43,073 bases of DNA, taken from NCBI GenBank assembly GCA_016181275.1, contig JACOZQ010000009.1, forward strand, positions 1 to 43,073. The letters are read 5' to 3'. The stretch is from Candidatus Woesearchaeota archaeon. Its GTDB lineage: Archaea > Nanobdellota > Nanobdellia > SCGC-AAA011-G17 > ARS1403. Each line of letters starts with the position of its first letter. The stretch's first letter is position 1. The notes beneath the pieces are model-generated. The model searched no databases, was not told where the DNA came from, and saw nothing but the letters and a program-made list of their open reading frames with translations. Of this stretch, positions 27,982 through 35,489 are shown in pieces. Both the position numbers and the translations under genes were made by a program.

Positions 27982-29714
27982 TTTCCCAAAATAGCTTTTA
28001 TTCTTCTAACGCCTGCGCTAGAGCTTTCCTCTTTAACAATTTTAAATTTTCCAAGCTCTTTTGTATTTGTAACATGAGGGCCGGCGCATAATTCTTTTGA
28101 ATAGTCGCCTATGAAGTAGACTTTCACCATCTCTCCATATTTATGCTCGAATGCTCCACTTATCCCTTTCTCTTTCGCTTTTTTAAGAGACATCTCTTCC
28201 CAATGCACGTCGATTTTTTTCTCAATTTGCTCATTTACTTTCTGCTCGATTTTTTTCAGCTCACCCTCGGTTAGTTTTCTAGAAAAGTTAAAATCAAATC
28301 TCAATCTTTCATGTGTTATATTACTCCCTTTCTGCATTATGCTTTTGTCTTTCAAAACTTCTTTCAGTGCTTGCAGCAACAAATGAGTTGCAGTATGCAA
28401 TCTAGTAGTTTCAATAGAATGATCAGCAAGTCCAGATTTGAATTTACCGACTGCTGCAGTTCTGCTCAATTCTCTATGTTTCTCAAATTCTTCCTCAAAT
28501 TTTTCCTTGTCGATTTTTAATTTTTTTTCTTTTGCAAGCTCCTCGGTCATCTCTAAAGGAAAGCCGTAGCTGGAAAATAATTTAAAAGCAATTTCCCCAT
28601 TTAATTTTTTATTTTTCAAGTTTTTAATTTCATTTTCGAATACTCGAAGCCCTTGATTCAATGCCCTGTCAAATTTTTCCTCTTCTTTTCCGATTTGCTC
28701 TAAAATAAATCTCTCATCAAATTTGTATTCACTTTTATAAACTTCAAAAATTTCTTTGACAATTTCAGAGCAGAATCTGTGTTTTATATCAAGCAGTCTC
28801 CCATGCCTTATCGCCCTTCTAATTAATCTTCTCAGCACATATCCTTGCTCAATATTACTCGGCTCAATCTTCTCATTTAATATAAAAGTAGCAGCTCGAA
28901 GATGATCAACAATTATTCTCTTGCTTCTCAGCTCATTTTTCCTGCTCAATCTTTCAATTTTAAGAATCAAAGGTTTTAATGTATCAACTTCATACACATT
29001 ATCATACCCATTCAAAGTCATCAAAGTCCTTTCGACTCCCATTCCAGTATCGACATTTCTCTGCTTTAATTTTTCATATTTTCCATTTTTATTTTTATTA
29101 TACTCCATGAATACATCATTCCAAATCTCAACCCATTTCTTGTCTTCATTATTGAATTCTTTAGGAGTTTTTTCTCCAGTGTAATAGAACATTTCTGTAT
29201 CGGGTCCGCAAGGTCCGGTATTTCCGGCAGGTCCCCACCAATTCTCGCTTTTTGGAAGGAAAATAATCTTCCCTTTTTTAATTCCTATTTTTTCCCATTT
29301 CTTAGCTGATTCCAAATCTTTAGCAGCATCTTTATCTCCTTTAAAACAGCTGATTCCGATTCTCTCGATATCAAGTCCCAGCTCATTAATCAGAAAGTCA
29401 AAGCTCATCTCAATCATCTCATCTTTAAAATATTCTCCAAGAGACCAGTTGCCGAGCATTTCGAAAAAAGTTAAATGGAATTCGTCTCCTACTTCATCTA
29501 TGTCGCCAGTCCTTATGCATTTCTGCACATTAACTAATCTTTTTCCTGCAGGATGTTTTTCTCCTAGTAAAAATGGAACAAGCGGATGCATCCCAGCAGT
29601 TGTAAATAGTACAGTCGGATCATTTTCAGGTATTAAAGAAGCATTGACAATTTCTTTATGATTATTTTTCTTAAAAAATTCGATATATTTTTTCTTTAAT
29701 TCATAAGATTTCAT
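27978..29714 (-). CDS. alaS: Alanine--tRNA ligase, short form lacking C-Ala
   Basis: LFTTAGMHPL, FFEMLGNWS, DTGMGVER, editing motifs HTATH and CAGPH; ends GVRRIKAILGN. Confidence 0.96.
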   Translation of the reverse strand: MKSYELKKKYIEFFKKNNHKEIVNASLIPENDPTVLFTTAGMHPLVPFLLGEKHPAGKRLVNVQKCIRTGDIDEVGDEFHLTFFEMLGNWSLGEYFKDEMIEMSFDFLINELGLDIERIGISCFKGDKDAAKDLESAKKWEKIGIKKGKIIFLPKSENWWGPAGNTGPCGPDTEMFYYTGEKTPKEFNNEDKKWVEIWNDVFMEYNKNKNGKYEKLKQRNVDTGMGVERTLMTLNGYDNVYEVDTLKPLILKIERLSRKNELRSKRIIVDHLRAATFILNEKIEPSNIEQGYVLRRLIRRAIRHGRLLDIKHRFCSEIVKEIFEVYKSEYKFDERFILEQIGKEEEKFDRALNQGLRVFENEIKNLKNKKLNGEIAFKLFSSYGFPLEMTEELAKEKKLKIDKEKFEEEFEKHRELSRTAAVGKFKSGLADHSIETTRLHTATHLLLQALKEVLKDKSIMQKGSNITHERLRFDFNFSRKLTEGELKKIEQKVNEQIEKKIDVHWEEMSLKKAKEKGISGAFEHKYGEMVKVYFIGDYSKELCAGPHVTNTKELGKFKIVKEESSSAGVRRIKAILGN

Positions 29715-30313
29715 TCTATAAAAACCTCTCTTGTTTTAGCTTCAACTTTATAATTTTCCAATAAGTTAAATATCTCCATCTTATATTGTATAGGAATCAT
29801 AATACAACTTTTACCAATTTTTTTACCATCAAATTTATCCAATAATCCTTGGTAATATTTTTTATTAGCATGAAATCCATATAATTTATTTAAAAAAGCC
29901 CCCCTATTTTTTCCTATTTTATTCCAATAAATAATTACTGAATGTTTAATATCTTTAGGTAATTCAGTCATTTGATAATCCCCATACAAGACAATTCCTG
30001 TTGAAGCAATTGATCTCTGAAGATCTTTCCATTCTTCAAGTTTCCCGATTTTAATGCTAAATTCATTATCAATATTTTTTAATTTAAATAAGGAAGCTTC
30101 ACGGCTTTGATAAAATTCTTTTTCTAGTTTCTTTATTTCATTTTCAAATTTTTTATTTTTGATCTTAATTTCGATAAATATATCAATATCACTTTCTTTA
30201 TCTTCATCAGACCGGGCAACAGAACCATAAAGGATTATTCTTTTAATATTACCAATATTTTTCAAATTATTTAAAAGATAAGATACAAAATAACTGGAAT
30301 ATTGTTTTAACAT
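29711..30313 (-). CDS. Minimal nucleotidyltransferase (MNT, antitoxin-like) with extra C-terminal domain
   Basis: LYGSVARSDEDKESDIDIF (GS-x10-DxD). Confidence 0.85.
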   Translation of the reverse strand: MLKQYSSYFVSYLLNNLKNIGNIKRIILYGSVARSDEDKESDIDIFIEIKIKNKKFENEIKKLEKEFYQSREASLFKLKNIDNEFSIKIGKLEEWKDLQRSIASTGIVLYGDYQMTELPKDIKHSVIIYWNKIGKNRGAFLNKLYGFHANKKYYQGLLDKFDGKKIGKSCIMIPIQYKMEIFNLLENYKVEAKTREVFIE

Positions 30314-30717
30314 TTTAGAACCTTTTTTAGTTTAAAAAATAAATTTATTTTTTCTTGTAAGATTTTATCACTTGCAGGAGCTCCATAAGCCAAATCATCT
30401 CTTTTTTCTTCTATTTGTTTTGTTATATCAACTATATCTTTAATTTTCTCAATTGAATCTATTGGGCTGGTTATTTGATTCTGTAATTTTTCTAAAATTT
30501 TATCTTCATTTCTCTTAAACCAAGTATGATCGATTTGGGTACCTTCTTTAATTATATTTAATTTATGAAAATATAATTCAATAAGATTTACTGCTCCTAA
30601 AGATAAAGAAAAAGCAAGTCTTCTTTGATGTGACAATAGTCCTCTTTTATCATTTAAAGCAGATTCAATCTCATCCAATACTTCCTTCAAAATTTCTTTA
30701 TGTTTTTCTTCTTTCAT
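30307..30717 (-). CDS. HEPN-like protein (partner of MNT)
   Basis: All-helical 136 aa overlapping the MNT gene; EEKRDDLAYG is an R-x4-Y variant of the HEPN R-x4-6-H motif. Confidence 0.6.
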   Translation of the reverse strand: MKEEKHKEILKEVLDEIESALNDKRGLLSHQRRLAFSLSLGAVNLIELYFHKLNIIKEGTQIDHTWFKRNEDKILEKLQNQITSPIDSIEKIKDIVDITKQIEEKRDDLAYGAPASDKILQEKINLFFKLKKVLKC

Positions 30718-30719
30718 TT

Positions 30720-30824
30720 TAAGTCATTTGCCTTATTATGATTAAGTCATTTGTCTTTATAAATTTTTTGCTAATTTATAGTATTTAAGTCACATGTCTT
30801 ATTATAATTAAGATATCTGTCTTA
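30720..30824. promoter_or_regulatory. Four 16-bp pseudo-palindromic operator-like sites upstream of the HEPN-MNT-alaS operon
   Basis: TAAGTCATTTGCCTTA (30720), TAAGTCATTTGTCTTT (30743), TAAGTCACATGTCTTA (30786), TAAGATATCTGTCTTA (30809); TATA-like TTTATAAA at 30756-30763. Confidence 0.7.
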
Positions 30825-30830
30825 AGGAAA

Positions 30831-31244
30831 TTACATTAATATTTCGAAGCTTCTGCCATCCTCTCTAACCGGAACTAGTTTAATTTTATGCCTTTGTTTT
30901 CCCCAAGACTTGCCATATGTTCTGCCTAGAAATACATTTAATCTTTGTGCAAGATCTCTCGAATCTATAATTTCTCTGGAAGAAACATCAACATATCTTG
31001 TTGATCCAAAATTATCCGTTCTTACTCCTGCACCGTTAGCTTGAAGATCAAATTCTTTTACAAGTGCTAATGCAACAGGGGTTTTATCTCCTAGATAAGG
31101 AGTTAAACTGTTTTCATGAAGATTATCCACATTCCTTAGAGATGAATAATCAACACCCATTTCAAATGTCCCAAATCCATAATTTACATTTCCATATTGA
31201 TGTGCGACAATCGCTGGACTCATCATAAGCAAAGCATCTATCAT
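30831..31244 (-). CDS. Hypothetical protein
   Basis: 137-aa ORF with a TATA-like upstream region. Confidence 0.6.
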   Translation of the reverse strand: MIDALLMMSPAIVAHQYGNVNYGFGTFEMGVDYSSLRNVDNLHENSLTPYLGDKTPVALALVKEFDLQANGAGVRTDNFGSTRYVDVSSREIIDSRDLAQRLNVFLGRTYGKSWGKQRHKIKLVPVREDGRSFEILM

Positions 31245-31275
31245 ATTAAATTAGATAACATAAAATTATATAAAT

Positions 31276-31842
31276 CTATTCCCAAAAATAAGTCTTTTCG
31301 ACGTCTTCTAAAAAGTTGATCCCGCCTTCTTCGCTCAAACAACTTCCAGACAAGCATAAATTGCTTTTGCATTCATAATTATTGTCGCATTGCTCTTCTT
31401 TCTGTACTCTCAAACTTTGAGTAAAGTCACAGTATCTTCCAGCAATCCTTGTGCCAACGGGCAAGCATTCTCCATTGTATTCGCATCCAGATTCGCAAAT
31501 AAGATTATCAGCAGATTTAGTTTTGCAAATTCCAAAGCCGCCTTCAGCAACGCATCCAAATTCACAGAATATCTCTTTTACAGCTCCATCGGTTCTTGCC
31601 TTGTCACAATAATACTCTCCTAATGTAGTTGAATTAACACAAAAATCACTTCTAGGTTTTGTGGGATCAAAGCTGCCTATAACATTTCCTCCGACCTTGT
31701 CGTCAATACCAGAATCAGTGTCTTCGCAGTCAAGTATGTTATCAGTGGCCCTGCCGGTAAAAATATCAGTAAAGTTTCCAGAAAGAACAATTGCAAATGC
31801 TAACACAGCAACAATGATTATCACTAAATTTTTATTTTCCAT
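31276..31842 (-). CDS. N-terminally anchored Cys-rich surface protein
   Basis: MENKNLVIIIVAVLAFAIV TM; CEDTDSG...SDFC...LGEYYC...CEFGC and CDNNYECKSNLC modules. Start moved to ATG 31842. Confidence 0.75.
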   Translation of the reverse strand: MENKNLVIIIVAVLAFAIVLSGNFTDIFTGRATDNILDCEDTDSGIDDKVGGNVIGSFDPTKPRSDFCVNSTTLGEYYCDKARTDGAVKEIFCEFGCVAEGGFGICKTKSADNLICESGCEYNGECLPVGTRIAGRYCDFTQSLRVQKEEQCDNNYECKSNLCLSGSCLSEEGGINFLEDVEKTYFWE

Positions 31843-31878
31843 CAGGAATTTAAAAAATAATAACATATAAATATCTTT

Positions 31879-34365
31879 CTACTCCAAATATAAAGCAGGC
31901 TTTCCAATTTTTGCTTTACTTGATTTTTTCTCAGGATCATGTTTATCTTTGTCAGCAACAGAAAATATTTTTATCTCGAAACTTGTCCTTCTTGAAATGT
32001 CCTCGATGCTATCATTATAAATTTTTAATTCTTTAGGCAGAACATACACAAAACATTTTTTGATATCTTTATTTTTTTCTTTTACAATTTTAGCAACATT
32101 GTTTATATCATCAATAAGTTTCTCAATCTGCTCTTCATCATCTTCTAATTTCTTATCAATTTTTTTTTCATCAGCTTTAGGCCATTCAGCAACAGAAACA
32201 TATCCGTTTTCAAATAATTCCTCTGAGATGTGGGGAGCAAAGCAGCTCAGCATTATCAAGATTTTCTTCAAACTATCATCAAACACTTTAGCAGAAATGT
32301 TCTCTTTTTGTGTATGCATGAAGTTTGTCAGCTGCATCAATCTATTAATTGCAAGGTTGAATTTAAATTCATCCATGTCAACAGTTATTTCCTTAATTAT
32401 CTGATTCAATTTGCTTTCAAGAATTTTATCTTTAATATTCAATCTTGGTTTTATTTTATTTTTGAATGAATAAATTTTTTTTAAAAATCTGTAAACCCCT
32501 TCAATTCCTTTATCGTCCCATTCCCTATTTTTTCCAGGATCTCCCATGAATAATAAATAAGTTCTTAAAGTATCAGCTCCATATTTTTCAATTGTTTCCA
32601 TAGGATCGATGACATTGCCCTTTGATTTGCTCATCCTCATTCCATTTTTGTTTATCATTCCTTGATTAAACAAATTAATAAACGGCTCATCAATTTCCAG
32701 CAAGCCGATATCTCTCATCGCCTTAACAAAAAATCTTGCATATAATAAATGCAAAACAGCATGCTCGGCTCCGCCGATATACTGATCGACAGGCATCCAT
32801 TTCTCAATCTTTTTAGCATCAAAAATTTTCTTTTCATTTTTATTATCAATAAATCTCAAGAAATACCAGCTAGAATCAAAAAAAGTGTCCATTGTATCTG
32901 TTTCTCTTCTCGCATCTCCTCCGCATTTAGTGCATTCCACTTTATGGAATTTTTCATGATTAGCAAGCGGATTTCCTTCTCCGGAAAATTTGACATCATC
33001 AGGAAGCAAGACAGGAATTTCCGCAGGCAATATGCCACACTTGTCGCAGTATATAATTGGAATAGGGGTTCCCCAATATCTCTGTCTTGAAATCAACCAG
33101 TCTCTTAATTTGTAATTTATAGTTCTTTTCCCGAACTTTTTCTTCTCCAAATATTTTATTATTTCTTTTATAGCATCAAAATTATTCATGCCATTAAAAA
33201 TTTTATCAGAATTGATTACAATCCCCATATCAACATAAGCTTTCATCATCTTTTCAGCATCCAGCTCATATTCTTTTGGTTTAATAACAACTTTAACAGG
33301 AATTTTATATTTTCTAGCAAATTCAAAGTCTCTCTGGTCATGAGCTGGAACAGCCATCACAGCACCAGTACCATATTCAAGCAATACAAAATTAGCAATA
33401 TATATGGGAACCTCTTGATTGTTGACAGGATTAATGGCATATCTTCCTGTGAACAATCCTTCCTTCTCCTTGTCTTCAACAGCTCTTTCATATTTCTCAT
33501 CGATAACAACTTTGTTTGTGAATTTCTTTATTTCATTTTCATATTTAGTTCCTCTAACAAGATCAAAAACTTTGGGATTTTCAGGAGCCATCACCACAAA
33601 TGTAACTCCCCATAAAGTATCAGGTCTTGTAGTAAAAACTTTCAATTTGTCTTCGCTATTTTTTAGTTTAAAATCTATTTCAATACCATCACTTCTTCCA
33701 ATCCAATTCTTCTGCATGATTTTTATTTTCTCATTCCAATTTAATCCACTAATGTCTTTAAGCAGCTCATCGGCGTATTTAGTTATCTTCAAAAACCACT
33801 GCTCTAATTGTTTTATCTCAACTTTACTATGACATCTCCAGCATTCGCCATCTTCAACCTGCTCATTAGCAAGAACAGTTCCGCAATGACCGCACCAGTT
33901 TACAGGAGCTTTAGCTCGATAAGCAAGTCCATTCTCAAAAAATTTCAGGAACAGCCACTGATTCCATTTATAATATTCAGGATCGCATGTCTTAATCAGC
34001 TTGTTCCAATCATAACTAATTCCAAGTCTTTTCTGCTGGAAAATAAAATTTTTTATACTCTTTTCAGTATACTCTTTAGGATGGATTTTCTCTTTTATCG
34101 CGGCATTCTCAGCAGGCAGACCAAATGCATCATATCCCATTGGATAAAGAACATTGAATCCTCGAGCTCTTTTAAATCTTGCATAAGCATCTCCGATCGA
34201 ATAGTTAAAAGTATGTCCCAAATGCAACCCTAATCCAGAAGGATACGGAAACATCTCGAGGACGTAGCATTTTTTTCCTTTTTCTTTAGCTACAAATAAT
34301 TTATCTTTCTCCCATTTCTTCTGCCACTTCAACTCAATCTCTTTCAATTCTTTCATATCAATCAC
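31879..34365 (-). CDS. leuS: Leucine--tRNA ligase (bacterial-type core)
   Basis: VLEMFPYPSG..LHLGH (HIGH), TTRPDT, ISRQRYWGTPIP, RMSKSKGN (KMSKS). Confidence 0.97.
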   Translation of the reverse strand: MIDMKELKEIELKWQKKWEKDKLFVAKEKGKKCYVLEMFPYPSGLGLHLGHTFNYSIGDAYARFKRARGFNVLYPMGYDAFGLPAENAAIKEKIHPKEYTEKSIKNFIFQQKRLGISYDWNKLIKTCDPEYYKWNQWLFLKFFENGLAYRAKAPVNWCGHCGTVLANEQVEDGECWRCHSKVEIKQLEQWFLKITKYADELLKDISGLNWNEKIKIMQKNWIGRSDGIEIDFKLKNSEDKLKVFTTRPDTLWGVTFVVMAPENPKVFDLVRGTKYENEIKKFTNKVVIDEKYERAVEDKEKEGLFTGRYAINPVNNQEVPIYIANFVLLEYGTGAVMAVPAHDQRDFEFARKYKIPVKVVIKPKEYELDAEKMMKAYVDMGIVINSDKIFNGMNNFDAIKEIIKYLEKKKFGKRTINYKLRDWLISRQRYWGTPIPIIYCDKCGILPAEIPVLLPDDVKFSGEGNPLANHEKFHKVECTKCGGDARRETDTMDTFFDSSWYFLRFIDNKNEKKIFDAKKIEKWMPVDQYIGGAEHAVLHLLYARFFVKAMRDIGLLEIDEPFINLFNQGMINKNGMRMSKSKGNVIDPMETIEKYGADTLRTYLLFMGDPGKNREWDDKGIEGVYRFLKKIYSFKNKIKPRLNIKDKILESKLNQIIKEITVDMDEFKFNLAINRLMQLTNFMHTQKENISAKVFDDSLKKILIMLSCFAPHISEELFENGYVSVAEWPKADEKKIDKKLEDDEEQIEKLIDDINNVAKIVKEKNKDIKKCFVYVLPKELKIYNDSIEDISRRTSFEIKIFSVADKDKHDPEKKSSKAKIGKPALYLE

Positions 34366-34388
34366 GTATTATTTCAAATTTAAAAAGG

Positions 34389-34670
34389 TTAGGATAAATA
34401 TTTAATGAATCCATCTAACCTCTTCTTTCTTAATCCATTTTTAACTTGACTCTTCATTCCATCTTTTAATCTTGGATCAAAATAAACCCTAACAAAGCTG
34501 TTTTCAGATAAGTGAAAGTTTCCCATTATTTTTTCAACATAATCAGTGAGCTCAGTAGGATTTCTAAATTGTTTGGGTCGTACATCTCCTATTGCTCTAA
34601 CATAATAGATTTCTCCTCCCCTTCCACTTATATCTATATCGCTTTCAGGCCTGTTTCCATAAGTTCCCAT
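34389..34670 (-). CDS. Hypothetical protein
   Basis: Likely start ATG 34670 after SD-like GGAGG; track start 34712. Confidence 0.55.
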   Translation of the reverse strand: MGTYGNRPESDIDISGRGGEIYYVRAIGDVRPKQFRNPTELTDYVEKIMGNFHLSENSFVRVYFDPRLKDGMKSQVKNGLRKKRLDGFIKYLS

Positions 34671-34894
34671 TTTTCCTCCATTGATTCTTCTAACTATCGT
34701 CCCCAAAGACAACGCCCCCTCAAAAAGATTTAGAAAGGTTGTCTAAATTAAAGCAATAAAATCAGAAGAATGCTTTCAGCTAACAATTCAAGATTTGTAA
34801 AGTTGTCAGCCATTTTCATGTAATATCATAAGAAGCAAGATTATTTAAAGATTTTGCAAAAACTTAAAAACCAATTAAACAAGGATTTTATCAT

Positions 34895-34992
34895 GGGCCC
34901 GTAGCTCAGTTTGGATAGAGCACTAGCCTTCTAAAATAGTTTATTAAGAAGAAAGCTAGGGGTCGCGCGTTCAAATCGCGTCGGGCCCGCCA
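34895..34992 (+). tRNA. tRNA-Arg(TCT) with a 20-nt intron at 37/38 (34934-34953) and encoded CCA
   Basis: Acceptor GGGCCCG/CGGGCCC, discriminator G, CCA; anticodon arm CTAGC-CT-TCT-A-[AAATAGTTTATTAAGAAGAA]-A-GCTAG. Confidence 0.92.
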
Positions 34993-35051
34993 TATATGAT
35001 ATTCTGCAGAAGAGAAACTCTTTTAAAATCATTTTAATTAATTTTAATTAT

Positions 35052-35124
35052 GGGCAGATACCGGAGTGGTTAACGGCGCCGCCTGCAGAGCGGTTATTCA
35101 TGGGTTCGAATCCCATTCTGCCCT
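35052..35124 (+). tRNA. tRNA-Cys(GCA)
   Basis: Acceptor GGGCAGA/TCTGCCC with U73 discriminator; anticodon arm GCCGC-CTGCAGA-GCGGT. Confidence 0.93.
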
Positions 35125-35134
35125 TTTCTTAAAA

Positions 35135-35470
35135 ATGCACAGATATATCAGATCGTACTTGGAAAGGAATGGTATTGAAATAAAGAATAGCTCAAGAAGT
35201 ATAAAAAGGATTGACAGCAATGAAGTAATCCTGGATTTAAAAAAGTCGATAAAAAAGATGAGGCTAGGCGGATATTATTATCATGTCCCGAGAGGGTATC
35301 ATCATGTCATAATAAATGAAAAAGAGGGTAATGCCAAAATAAATCCAATTGATATCTACAAATTCTCATTAGATTTAGCAGTTGAAAATGAAGATTTTGA
35401 GGAAGCAGCTAAGATAAGGGATATGATAAATAAAAGAGAAACAAGATCTATAGAAAGATTGTTAAAATAA
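35135..35470 (+). CDS. UvrB/UvrC-motif (UVR domain) containing protein
   Basis: LDLAVENEDFEEAAKIRDMI. Start moved to ATG 35135 because the track start overlaps tRNA-Cys. Confidence 0.75.
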   Translation: MHRYIRSYLERNGIEIKNSSRSIKRIDSNEVILDLKKSIKKMRLGGYYYHVPRGYHHVIINEKEGNAKINPIDIYKFSLDLAVENEDFEEAAKIRDMINKRETRSIERLLK

Positions 35471-35489
35471 AAAAAAGAAAAGAAATAAT

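Noticed and set aside
30720..30824. Mini CRISPR array
   Set aside because: Repeats are 16 bp and degenerate, gaps are 7, 27 and 7 nt, and there are no cas genes; an operator array fits better.
34748..34819. 23-codon minus-strand mini-ORF MKMADNFTNLELLAESILLILLL
   Set aside because: Too short and has no recognisable motif; it could be a leader or remnant but cannot be supported.
35066..35134. N-terminal extension of the UVR-domain ORF from GTG 35066
   Set aside because: It overlaps tRNA-Cys; ATG 35135 is the plausible start.
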